64,000 bases of DNA, from assembly GCA_044892525.1 (NCBI GenBank), contig CM097885.1, forward strand, positions 241,862,001-241,926,000, written 5' to 3'. This DNA comes from Schmidtea polychroa (Eukaryota). This document shows positions 50,501 through 63,538 of this stretch, piece after piece. The number at the start of each line of letters is the position of its first letter. Position 1 is the stretch's first letter. A model generated the notes under the pieces. The model was not told the DNA's origin. It saw only the letters and a list, made by a program, of their open reading frames with translations, and searched no databases. A program made the translations under genes and the position numbers.

Positions 50501-53500
50501 GAAAGAAAAACAGGCAGTGCCGAAAATTCGTGAATATAAAAAAACATCGATCCATTGGAAATATGAGGGTAGAGAGATATTTTTTCCCAAAGTTGTGAAA
50601 ATAAAAATGATTAACATCTTCAAATATTGATCACGTGGATGTTTAATTTTAACCATTTTCCAAGTAAACACTTAATTATATATAAATACAAGCTTTTAAT
50701 TGATCGCGCGAGCAAAATTATTATTGATATTAGTCTGCTATTTCGTTTATAAATTCTGAATTCGGTGTTTGAATTATTTTTAAGTTGTTATAATCATATA
50801 TCTCATATTCATATTCCAAATACCTAATATTCACACACATACATGCATATTCATATTCCATATATCATCCAAATACCTAATATTCACACACATACATGCA
50901 TATTCATATTCCATATATCATCCATATACCTAATATTCACACATATACATGCATATTCATATTCCATATATCATCCATATACCTAATATTCACACATATA
51001 CATGCATATTCATATTCCATATATCATCCATATACCTAATATTCACACATATACATGCATATTCATATTCCATATATCATCCATATACCTAATATTCACA
51101 CACATACATGCATATTCATATTCCATATATCATCCATATACCTAATATTCACACATATACATGCATATTCATATTCCATATATCATCCAAATACTTAATA
51201 TTCACACACATTCATATTCTATATATCATCCATATACTTAATATTCACACACATACATACATATTCATATTCCATATGTCATCCATATACATAATATTCA
51301 CACACATACATATTCCATATATCATCCATATACCTAATATTCACGCACATACATACATATTCATATTCCATATATCATCCATATACTTAATATTCATACA
51401 CATACATACATATTCCATATATCATCCATATACCTAATATTCACACACATACATACATATTCCATATATCATCCATATACCTAATATTCACACACATACA
51501 TATTCATATTCCATATATCATCCATATACCTAATATTCACACACATACATATTCATATTCCATATATCATCCATATACTTAATATTCACACACATACATA
51601 CATATTCCATATATCATCCATATACATAATATTCACACACATACATATTCATATTCCATATATCATCCATATACCTAATATTCACGCACATACATACATA
51701 TTCATATTCCATATATCATCCATATACATAATATTCACACACATACATATTCATATTCCATATATCATCCATATACCTAATATTCACACACATACATATT
51801 CATATTCCATATATCATCCATATACTTAATATTCACACACATACATACATATTCCATATATCATCCATATACATAATATTCACACACATACATACATATT
51901 CATATTCAATATATCATCCATATACCTAATATTCACGCACATACATACATATTCATATTCCATATATCATCCATATACATAATATTCACACACATACATA
52001 TTCATATTCCATATATCATCCATATACCTAATATTCACACACATACATATTCATATTCCATATATCATCCATATACATAATATTCACATACATACATATT
52101 CCATATATCATCCATATACCTAATATTCACACATACATATTCATATTCCATATATCATCCATATACCTAATATTCACACATACATATTCATACTCCATAT
52201 ATCATCCATATACATAATATTCACATACATACATATATAAATTGCTATAAATTTACCTTTTAACCTTTTTAAGTTAATATAATTATACCTATATTCATAT
52301 ATGCAATATTCAATTACGGCCTCGCTTTACGGCCTAGATACGTTCCATGAAACTTGGCCGCAAAGCAAAAAGCCTGTAAGGAATCAAATCTAATACAAAT
52401 TCTTAGAAATCCAATGGGATCGGTTCCAAATATGTAACAAGGTTTATTATTCAAAATGCATTTTATCTTTTTATTTCATTTAAATCAAAAATACATACAT
52501 AATTTTTTTTAATGGCTTTAATCTCAAGACGATGAAGAAATGGTAACCTGCAGATCTCTGTCGTCATCATTTTTCGCTGGTAAGGATGGGCCTGGCTTAA
52601 AAAATACTCTTGCCTTTTTGTCTATTTGGTTCTTCAATGATTTATAACAGCTAATGGCTGAGTTAATTCCTCGAGAAACTTTAACGCTACGTTCGACGTC
52701 AGGATCTTTTCCTTGTTCGAAATAGGAAAAAGCTTTCGACAAATTTGTTGATGTTAGCTCTTTGGATACAACATCTTCATCAAATGCCGGTTCTGCTTGC
52801 AACTGAATGAGTTCCTCATATGAAAGAGGTTCCCTATCAGCTTCAAGTATATCAAACACATTACGTTCGTTCAAACCTTCAAAGTCGAGATCATATGCTA
52901 GATCCAAATTTTTTTCCCAAATTTCAGGAAGGAAATTAACTTCTGCATCAGTACTATTCACATATTCTGGCCATATTTTTTTCCAAACATGGTTCATTGT
53001 TGTTAATTTTAATTCCTTCCGTGATTCACTGATGCTGTCAACATCATCCTTGATGTTATAGTTTTTCCAAAATGTTTTAATTGAAGATTTACCATCGGTT
53101 TCCCTTATAAATTTATTTTAGTCAATTTTGAAATGGCTTTCAGGTAAGATATTTAATTTTTGAAAAGTTTTTTTTGCCGCTATAGCGAAACATTTTAGGC
53201 TGTAAATCGAAAACTTGTCTTAATTGAAGAAGGTTATAGCGAAATGCCGTATAAAGAGCGCCGTATAGCGAGGTATGGGTGTAATTCACAAATTTTATTT
53301 CACTGATATTGATATGAATTCATACATATTCTTATTCTATATATCATTCATATACCTAATATTCATATATCTATATTCAATAATCTCATATTTATACATT
53401 TAATATTCTTAATATTGATATTTAATATATTTAATATTCAATATATTTATATTCAATAATTTCATATTTATACATTTTATATTCATATTCTTGATATTCA

Positions 53501-56500
53501 CATATTCAATATTCATGGCACATACATAATTTTCATTATTAATTTACTCTGTATTGCTGAACATTTTTTTGTAATTGATAAAATTATGTCTCATATCCAT
53601 ATATCTTATATTCACATATTTCATAAATATTAAATTACTGATGAGGCTATAACTTATTTGTAAGTTGATATAGTTATATCTCATATTCTTATATTTATAT
53701 TTAAATATTTCATTATATATCTTGGAAAAATTATTTTTTAAGTATTTTAAAGTACAATTTTTCGATGTATTTTTTGAATTACTGGACTGCAAGAAAATAT
53801 TGACATTGTTAAATTTAAAAGTTTGGAAATGGCTAATAATAAACTATTAGTTCTAGCCTTACCTGATGATGTTGATCAAATACAAATGGAGTTCCCTAAC
53901 GACAAAAACAATAACCGTAGCCCATCAGATGTTAATCTCATAGAACAACATTATCATGGCCACAGTTATATAAATTCTCTACCAGATCAACAGTAATTCT
54001 TCGAATTGATATTTTAAATATCTTTCAATCGCAATTATTTAGATTTACAAATAAATCTGGAATTCCTGTGATAAACACTCCTCACATTATTGGTAAACTT
54101 TTATGTTTCAATTGAATTCAATCATTTTAAAATAATCACTTCTTTCTTTGGCTTTCTGGTTAAATTTAAATTTGCTTTGGATGCACTCTATAGAGATAGT
54201 TCTCAAACTTTCAACACTGCTCACATTTTTAAATTGCAACCTATAGCAACCAACATAGATTTATGTGACCAAAAAATTCAAAGCGGAAGAAATAATTACT
54301 GATCACTAATCAGTAACTTTAAAATGTTAAAATATAATTATATTTAATAATCAATTTAGATTAATTACACTTTATTGAATTTCAATGAAATCATTATTTT
54401 CGAAAAATTATATTTAAATTTATCAATATACACTATTTAATAGTTATATTTAAATTTATTGATTTAGTAAAAAATTTGTCGGAAGTTACAGAAGTTGATA
54501 TTCACTTTTTAAAGATTGAAAAGTTTGCCCAATCTTTCAATTTTTCAAACTAACAGTAAAATTTCTCCTTTAACAAGTTTAAATGAGCGCATATCTCTGT
54601 GATTATCCAATCATCTAATTTATTTCCGATTAGGAATCTTATTTGCGTAATATTGGAACAATTTCATGGATTATTAAAAATTGATAAATTATTAAATTCA
54701 ATATCAAAATATTATTATAAATTACTATTAGATTGTAGATTTTATTTGAATTTGAATATATGTTTTATTGAATATTTATTCAAATTTGTATTTCTCAATG
54801 CCGTCAGAAAGAGAACTAAAATGAGTCCACTTATATTTCTCTCTCGCCCATTTTATCACTTTCATTTCTCCCGTGATATCTTTTACAGCCAATGCATTGA
54901 AATTATTATTCAATTGCCCATCATTGCTAATTAGCGCCATGATCACAGGAGTAGCCAGCATTTTATGTAAGTTTCCACCAATTACCCCGATTGGTATTTA
55001 AAACTCTTAGACTTACTTAACTCATTGAGCTTTTGCATCATCTAACAAGGCGTTTACTTTTATTCTCTTATTCCCATTTTTCTGAAAAAACTTCTTGGAC
55101 TCTTTTTTAATTACTTTTTGCGTCATCACTGTGTTATTCTCTTTGTTGTACAATTAACTTATATTTTCTTCTCATGCATAAACTTATTATGTTTCTGATT
55201 ACATCCACCCATTCTGCAAAACGATTCTTTTTTACAATTCTTGACGATATGATTTCTTTTAAAACAGTTTCTGCAGAGCCTTTTTCGATCCACCAAGCTT
55301 TTCCTATTTGACACTGACGGCTGTTTAAATTTGTCACATTTTTCCAAATGATGCTCCCAATCGATAATTTTTCAAATCCTGATCATTCTTCTTCGCTTCA
55401 TTGTTAAATTCATTCTCTGGTTGCCTAGGAAAATGCGTCTGATTTCTTTGAATTGTTCCTTCATTTCTTCTGTACGTCAGTTCTGATTTTACCCAATCTT
55501 GTCGCCTGAAAGGATGTTGAGTTTTGCTTCTTGTTTTGTAACCACTCGCTTAGATTATCTACAGATTCTTCCAAATCCTTTTCCAACTTGAATGCTTGTT
55601 TACTTCTTTATCCGTTTCTATTCATTCAAAAATATTTTACTATTTATAATATTATTTATTGAAAAGAGAGCTTGAAGACTATAAATCAGTAATATATCGA
55701 TGTTTTTTGATACTCACGAATTTTAGGCACTGATTTTTTCAAGGGAATTTCTCTTCAATAAATTCAATGGTAAAAATAATCAATGGTGAAATTATAATAA
55801 ATGTTATTTATGTTACCGTTTAGACATTTTGATTGATTTTTAATGAAATTTTTTCAATACCATTTATTAAAAACAAATATTTTCAATTAATCGAATTGCC
55901 TCTTTTATTTAAGATCTTCCATTAGCGATTTTTCATGGAACTAAAAGGGTTTCAATATATTTCAATTATATCATTATTGGTTTCTTACTTTTTCCATCTC
56001 ATTTTTTTCAAATATTCCCTACCGAACTTTTTACTGGACATTCAAAGTAGTTAATATTCGCTTTTAACAGATTGAAAAGCTCTTCTTCGTCTTCTGTTCC
56101 AGTTATGATATCGGACTGAAATAGATTCGCAACTCTGCTTAAATGAGCATTACCCAATCATTTAATTTCATATTATTTTCGATTAGGAAGCTTTCAAGAC
56201 TTTCTTATTTGCGTAATATAGGAAACAATTTTTGCTTATTAATAATTTCTAATAATTTCATGCATTATTAAAAATTGATAAATTCGTATCAGAACAATAC
56301 CAACAAATGTATTAAATTATTTAGTTAAATAACTTTTAAATTTCAATTTTTGAAAAGTTAAAATATTGTTCAAATTAAAAGTTAGATTAAAAATAAAATC
56401 TTTAAATATATTTGTTTAAATTGAAATATAATTGATTATTTAAATTAATATATTTTATAGATAAATTAATAAAATCTAATATCTATTTTATACTATTCTA

Positions 56501-57420
56501 CGCGAGAATGGCAGAAAAACTGTAAAAATATATAGTTTTCCGGATATAATAAAATATCCTTTGCCAGAAAAAAATTGTTCCTTAAAAAGAAACTCGCAGC
56601 GCTATTACCACACATTAATTTTACAATATCCAACTTTAATATATCGGGAAAATACTGCAAAACGTAAAACATATGTTTGATGGTGTTTCCTTATTAAACC
56701 ATGGCCATATTTATTTAATCATTTTTTCAAAAATTAGATGTCAAAAACAATGTTGTCATTAAAGATTCACCAAATTCATCCATTCAAGATTTGGATTTCG
56801 ACCCAGTTATGTATATGACGTAATAATAATTATTAATATTTTCCACACTTTCTGTAATATTCAACCAATATTAGGTTTTTAAAAATTGTTGGTGAAAATT
56901 GTCCAGACGAGTTACGGAAAATTCTATCGAATAACAACGGTGAAGAAGATTCGACTTTTAAGGAATAATTATTAAACTGTTTCTAGATTCATTGCACATT
57001 TCAAAGGATGTCCGGAAAACATCCAGTTCTAATCGACGAAAAGATGATGAATATCATGAAAAGCATTCCTCTAAAAAAGCTCGATATGAACTTGAAAACG
57101 AAGAATTCAAATATAAGAAGAATTACATCCCGGTTGAAAAGCATTCTGAGCATCGATATTATGAGAATCTGGAGAAGAAAAACAATCGAGCCAGAAGTAG
57201 ATCGAAAGAATATTATCAGAAGAAATCTGATGGATATTCAAGCAATAGAAGAAGTCGAGATTATGAAGTCCGAGAGCGAGATTATTATCCGAGTAATGGT
57301 GCTCGTTATCGAGCTGGCGAGAATCAAAGTTATCAAGAAGATAGGCACAAATATCGCCCTAATTATGATTCGATAAATAGAATAAAATCCAATAAATACA
57401 AAAGACCAATGAACAGATAG
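45204..57420 (+). CDS. RBBP6: RBBP6/Mpe1-like E3 ubiquitin ligase (DWNN + RING + Arg/Ser/Lys-rich tail), ~570 aa
   Basis: Phase-consistent exons 45204-45366, 45415-45499, 45549-45647, 49711-49918, 49963-50299, 53794-53992, 54043-54092, 56738-56810, 56875-56939, 56987-57420 (sum 1713 nt = 571 codons). DWNN: MPEVQYKFKSSLSFEVIKF...FDLKLKDTHGKIYTDDDETIDLKSKIIVSRVP. RING: PIPDILKCCLCNQLMKDSMQIKCCKKSYCHECI...CPDC. Tail: RARSRSKEYY. The middle low-complexity exons (53794-56939) are less certain. Confidence 0.85.
48054..48965. mobile_element. Possible Helitron/Helentron-derived non-autonomous remnant
   Basis: Begins ACTAGCCGTATTACCGTGCTTCGTTACGG, resembling recalled Helitron-associated element ends. 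No intact ORF. The assignment is weak. Confidence 0.3.
50800..52236. repeat. ~53-bp (about 45-57) minisatellite, ~27 copies, nearly G-free on the + strand
   Basis: GCATATTC at 50951, 51004, 51057, 51110 (53-bp period). Unit ~CATATTCATATTCCATATATCATCCATATACCTAATATTCACACACATA. Confidence 0.95.
52316..53281 (-). mobile_element. Tigger-like transposon remnant with transposase C-terminal fragment
   Basis: Minus ORF 52524-52997 (MNHVWKKIWP...DREPLSYEELIQLQ...DPDVERSVKVSRGINSAISCYK) resembles the Tigger1/TIGD1 C-terminus. End TA|CACCCATACCTCGCTATACGG at 53281 (minus strand). Degenerate partner CCTCGCTTTACGGC at ~52320. Confidence 0.8.
54780..55600 (-). pseudogene. BEL/Pao LTR retrotransposon gag-protease remnant
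   Basis: Minus-strand clustered Cys/His knuckles LCRNCFKRNHIVKNC...FCRMGGCNQKHNKFMH (55159-55347), then RIKVNALLDDAK (aspartic protease-like, ~55030-55075). Frameshifted. Confidence 0.75.
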
Positions 57421-57880
57421 CAGCTTGTACAGATCGATTCGGAAAGTTATTTAATAGTTTGTTAAAAGTTTTATCAATATTTTCTGTTTAATAAAAGATT
57501 TTTCAGATGTAATTTCTGTTTTTATTATNNNNNNNNNNNNNNNNNNNNNNNNNNNNNNNNNNNNNNNNNNNNNNNNNNNNNNNNNNNNNNNNNNNNNNNN
57601 NNNNNNNNNNNNNNNNNNNNNNNNNNNNNNNNNNNNNNNNNNNNNNNNNNNNNNNNNNNNNNNNNNNNNNNNNNNNNNNNNNNNNNNNNNNNNNNNNNNN
57701 NNNNNNNNNNNNNNNNNNNNNNNNNNNNNNNNNNATTATTATTAAAATTTATTATGATTAAATATTATTATTATTTATTATTAATTATTTATTATTAAAT
57801 ATTATTATTAATTATTATTTATTATGATTAAATATTATTATTTATTATTATTTATTATTATTAATTATTATTTATTATTA

Positions 57881-58092
57881 CCGTATATTTCGGCGTATAA
57901 GGCGACCGTCAGATAAGACGAGGTACAAAATTAGAGCAAATTTTTATGATTTATCATATATCGGTTGTAGTAGTATAAATACAACTACCTGTACTGTAAT
58001 ACTTTCTTTTATATCGGTTGTATGAGACGACCCACAATTTTCAAGGGTGATTTTTTGACTTTAATGGTCGTCTTATACGCCGAAATATACGG
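57881..58092. mobile_element. Tc1/mariner (pogo-like) MITE
   Basis: 27-bp TIRs CCGTATATTTCGGCGTATAAG(G/A)CGACC with one mismatch, flanked by TA on both sides. Confidence 0.85.
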
Positions 58093-61000
58093 TAATTAAT
58101 ATTANNNNNNNNNNNNNNNNNNNNNNNNNNNNNNNNNNNNNNNNNNNNNNNNNNNNNNNNNNNNNNNNNNNNNNNNNNNNNNNNNNNNNNNNNNNNNNNN
58201 NNNNNNNNNNNNNNNNNNNNNNNNNNNNNNNNNNNNNNNNNNNNNNNNNNNNNNNNNNNNNNNNNNNNNNNNNNNNNNNNNNNNNNNNNNNNNNNNNNNN
58301 NNNNNNNNNNNNNNNNNNNNNNNNNNNNNNNNNNNNNNNNNNNNNNNNNNNNNNNNNNNNNNCCCCAATGCAAATTCGAAAACTTTTCATTATTTGTGAC
58401 TAGCTCAGTAAAGGCATTTTCGAAGAAAAGCAATGATTTTTTAACTGCATTTTTCATATCTTTAATTTACGAGTAATGATAATCTTTTCTGCATCACTTG
58501 AGATCTCTAAATAAAAAGATCGGAGTGTCCAAATATGAGATATGTGTATTCATTATGTGTACCAGTTTAGGGTTTGCAAAACGGTTAAAATCGGTTTTTG
58601 GAAACTGGAAAAATAACCGCGTAATTTTGTAAACTGCATTTAAATCGATTTAATATAAATTTTACACAAAATAAATTACTAATTCTGAAATTTATAATTT
58701 TTATTAGAAATCAGAGATAGCATTTTTTTTGCAAAATAAACATAATTTTGAATAAAATCAGTAGGATATAAAAAAAGATATTTTTCATTGTTATTTTATT
58801 TTTTGTATCTTTTTTTTGTTGATATTCCTTTTTCGAAAATTATAATAAAACTAAAAATTTTCCGTATTTTTTTTTGCAATACTAGTTGAAAAAAATTGGT
58901 TATAAAAATTTAACTGTATGGTACTGTTATCGAATAGTGAAATTTACGCAAGCGAAAAAGGTAAGAAAAAATACGAAATACTAATATTTCGTGTGCACGT
59001 GTTTTAAAAGAATTCCAGGTAATTTAATATTGACAAATAAAAAAAATCATCAAATTACTTTCGCTTGAAAACATTTCATTAAAATTCAAAAATTTAAAAT
59101 CAAAATTTGCAATATTTGTTAAAAAAATGTGGTATGCAAGGGTGGTACAACATCGACTTTGGTAAGCCATTTAAAGAGTTAGCAATCAAAACTTGAATGA
59201 AAACGAAGGGACTTCCTATGTATGGCCAAAGTCGGACCTTAAAAAATTCTCTTAAATCTATGTTGCAGTTCGTACGACGACTAAACTAGGAAGAAATTGA
59301 ATCAAGATTAGATGCTCTAGATGTTTTGTTTATAAGACAAATTACTAGTTCCGTTTCTATTTGGGGTTTATGAGTGCCCCAAATCTGACAATACTGTAAT
59401 GAAACTGGTATTAAATTTTACTACAAAAATTGAAAATTAACTTGATGAAAAACAATCCAATAAATTATCATCAACTTTTGATGAGTGGACAAGCTTACGG
59501 GTCCGAAGATACCTGATCTTTGGAATTTATAAATTTGGGCTTAACCCGCATACACGGAAGTTGTGATTTATTTATATAAAGTGGGATCTAATTAATATTA
59601 TAAAAACTTTTATTTCTTCCAATTTCACCACTGATTATTTTTTCCATTGAATTTATTAAGTTCACTTTGAAAAGGCAGTGCCGAAAATTCGTGAGTATCA
59701 ACACACCGATATATTACTGAATTATAGTCTTCAAGCTCTCTTTTTTATAAAGGAACTAATTAAGATTTAACAAATTTGGATTGTGTTTGAAAAATTACAT
59801 TGTAACTACAAAATGTGACGGGGCATCAGTAAATGGTAAATTTGGCAAAGAATCGGAAGCTGAAATTATTCCACGAAACATCGGTTACATCTTGGTGGTA
59901 TGGATTATTGGAAGCAACAATAGAGACAAATGAATTCGACGAACCTGATTGTGATATCCTATAGGATAATGAAATCGAAAATGGAGAATATTAGAAAGTT
60001 GAATATTCTGACATTTTTCGTTTGAGATGTGCAATAATTCAGTTCGCAATGTAACACAATTTTTCATGCATTCCCCTGAACGCAATACAATTTTACAGCA
60101 ATATGTCAAGCAAACGTTCAATGTTGAGATTGGAATAATTTTAGACTCTAAAACTCGTTAGAATACTTTATGAGTGTTTCTCGTTATGAAAGTGTATTCC
60201 CATGTGTGACTGACGAGTATGTCTTGACAATCTATATGTACGGTGCTATTTTTTGTGCACAGTCTTTGGAACTCTAAAGTTTTATTATAAAAAATTACGA
60301 AATTATCCTGTCGCACACAGCATTTCTATATGGTCGTGGCGAAGGGGTTAATTAGGTAAGGTATTGGAAGCGCAACCACGATCAATATCATTAGATGATT
60401 CTGTTCTCATGGCAACCCGACTATGTTGGCCAATACAAATAATAAGTATGCGAGAATAAGCTAATTATTAGATCTAAAATTTTGAAGATCAGATTAACAT
60501 TTCAAATATTCATGGTTATTTTTCTTGATATAAATTTCAGTTTATCACAAACAATTTTAAAACTGTTACAAAACGATCATGAAAACAACGGTCAAATGTT
60601 ACTTAAACCACATTAGGTAGAAAAGGTTGGACTTGATCACCTTTCTCTTTGATCTGATTTAACCGAGATTGAGCACTTTCAGTTTTTTGAAGTTGATACT
60701 GATCTCCTTTCAGATATTTTCTGCATTCAGTCAGTTGAATACAGTGATTGTTTCTCTTTGTTTGTAACTGGAAATATTCAAAATTAATTTTTGATCTCAA
60801 TCATGATTTATTTTGAATTGCAACTAATTTAACACTTTCAACCCCAAAAATGTAGAATTATAATTTTTTTGGGAAATGTTCAAAATGTATCCTAATTTCC
60901 TGGAGCTGTGCTTAGGTAACTCTTGAATTGTTTTAATGAAAAGAACACAAAAATACATAATGTAAAATTGATAAAGAACAGCAAATAAAATAATTAAGAC

Positions 61001-61479
61001 ACATTAAAGAACATCCATTAAGGATGCTTCCTAAGAAATAGGGGTCTCCCTAGAAAATACATATGGGGACAATATGAAGGGTATCCAAATGGTTACAATA
61101 TCCCCAAAACCATTTTTAGTTACAATTTACACTTTCATGATAATCCACATATAAAACTTATCATTTGCAAGGATATCTAATTACCATAGATTGCCTTTTA
61201 AAATTTTAGTAATATTTTCTGTTGGTGTAATACCCAACATGACAATTATTTAATTATTATTTTCTCAGTTCTCTTAGTAGAGTTGCATAATTGAATTCCC
61301 ACCCATTTTATTTAAATGATGCTGCCTCAAAATCACCTAAGGTTTTGTTGAGGCAATAAGTTTTAGAAACTGACTGCAATAACGTACTAATTAAAATACA
61401 TCTTTATATATAATTTTATTCTGAAGAAATGAGATATTTATTTAAATTCATCCAATCTTAACTAAATTATAGTCTAAAC

Positions 61480-63538
61480 CAAGAGTGGCCAACCCGCGAC
61501 ACGCGGAGCATATTCCCATATTTTTTCCTTTTAATGTACAAAACGACCAAAGGAACATTCCGACTTGCGTAGTTCGTATCATATCTCATATATGAAAGTA
61601 TCGCAGTACATTAATTCAACCATCGTTACAATTTCTTCTATGGTATATTCGTGTTAACAAATAATCACAGCGTTAAGAACTATAAAAGCACGCACGCTGA
61701 ACTTGCGCATATAACCGTGAGCGTGAATGCGGGGCGGGATGCATCGTGCGGCTGCCAGTCTGCGACAAGCTTGCAACACCGTCTGACGTATGATCGGTTC
61801 CATTGTGTGCGTTATCGCTGTATGTCTCGTGAGATGTTGCGATCGACTTTTATATACCCATTGATAAGAATACATAATTTTTAACAATGCATCTCATCTT
61901 CTTGTTAGAAAGTTATGTAGTACTGATGTCATTTTATTTATTTTTTAGTTAAAAAAAAGACCCACAATGACATCAAGTAGTAAAAATAATTCAACGAAAG
62001 AGGAGAAGTGTCGCAAAAGAACTGAGAGGTTTTTAAGACAGATGAACTATAAACTATTTTTTGTAGAATTTGAAACAAAGCCAATATTCTTGATATGAAA
62101 TAATTCTGTTTCTGTCTTGAAAAAGTATTACATTAAGAGACTAAACATGCAAATAAGTTTGAAAAGTACGAAGGGCAATTTCAACAAAACCAAAGCAAAT
62201 GAATTAAAAAGAAAATTTTCTGCATAACCTCAGATATTTAATAGAGCGCTCAAGTCAACATGCTATGTAAAAGCTAGTTATGCAGTAGCCATGCTACTAG
62301 TAAAAAAAGAAGCCATATTCAAATGGTGAAATGGCTAAGGAATGTTTGGAGAGTATCGTTGAAATTCTGTGCACAGAAAAAAAAACGAACTTTTCAAAAA
62401 TAAGTCTGTCTCGTCAAACTATAACTAGGCGTGTCGATGAAATTGGAAAATATATTGAAGAGAATCTGAAAAATCGAGCATTCAAGTTCCTATGTTATAC
62501 TGTAGCATTGGATGAAAGCACGGACCTAATAGATACTGCCCAAGTGGTGACGTTTATCAGAGATATCGAAGTCCATTTTAACAAAATAGAAGAATTGGCG
62601 GAACTATATCTACTTAAGAACACTACATGCTCACGAGATTTGTTAGGAGTTGCTACATTGAAATTAAATCGTTTTTCGTTGTTGATACTCATCTATAAGG
62701 AAAAGATCAACAAATTAATAACATGTATCATATGTATGATAATATGTACGAATGAAACTTGGGCTTTGGGAACAACAGTTAAAGACAAAAATCTTCACTC
62801 ACATTCCCACGTTGTTATTGCAGTCAGACATTACACAAATAGCGGAGGATAAATACGCTTTGTTGATATCCGACTTAGACCTGGAATTTGAAAACTGATT
62901 TTAAGATTTTAAAAATCATCGTGTGCTTTTTGATGCATTTGCAACGCCATTCTCCGAAGAAGTGAATTTATTGCCATGAATCTTACAAATAGAACATTCT
63001 GAATATTATTATTAGAACATGTGTTGTGATGTACAGTTAAAGGAGAAATTCAATCAGGTTGGTTTGGAAGAGTTTTATAAAACATATTTGAGCAAGGAAA
63101 ATTATTCTGCATTTTACAAGCATGCTCTATCGATGATTTTAGTATTTGGAAACACTTACACGCGTGAACAGCTTTTTAGTCGAATGAAGCATATTAAATA
63201 TCAAATGAGAACACAAATCACTGATGACCATTTGGAAAACTGTTTGCGTGTAGCAACAACATCAATCGTTATCAACATTGATGCAATTAGTTCTGACAAA
63301 CAAAATCAGACGTCTCACTAAAATTTATTATATTTTGTTTATCTTTTTATTATTATTTTGTGTATTGCTTAACTCTAATCTAATAAATATGTTTGATTTT
63401 CATTTTTGTTATATCTTCTTTAAAAAACAATATATTTCTTGTTTGCTTTGAATAATAAAAGAAATTTTGTTGTACGGCCCGGTAGAAAATCTCATTTTTA
63501 AAATCTGGCCCGGCTGTTGAAAAGGTTGGCCACCCCTT
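61480..63538 (+). mobile_element. Decayed hAT transposon (SPIN/Buster, GTF2IRD2/EPM2AIP1-like transposase)
   Basis: TIRs CAAGAGTGGCCAACC / GGTTGGCCACCCCTT. Exact 8-bp TSD GTCTAAAC (61472-61479, 63539-63546). Fragments SLSRQTITRR...ALDESTD..DTAQV (62331-62852) and FGNTYTREQLFSRMKHIK..MRTQITDDHLENCLR (hAT dimerisation region, 63019-63321). Multiple stops and an internal deletion. Confidence 0.9.

Noticed and set aside
51108-51437. His/Ile-rich ORF
   Set aside because: Translation of the G-poor minisatellite, which rarely forms stop codons.
54240-54302. Extra RBBP6-like exon after 54092
   Set aside because: Phase-1 acceptors here run into TGA or TAG before a usable donor. The 54092>56738 junction keeps the frame.
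55159-55347. Intronic CCHC knuckles as the missing RBBP6 zinc knuckle
   Set aside because: They are antisense, downstream of the RING exon, and of BEL/Pao gag type.
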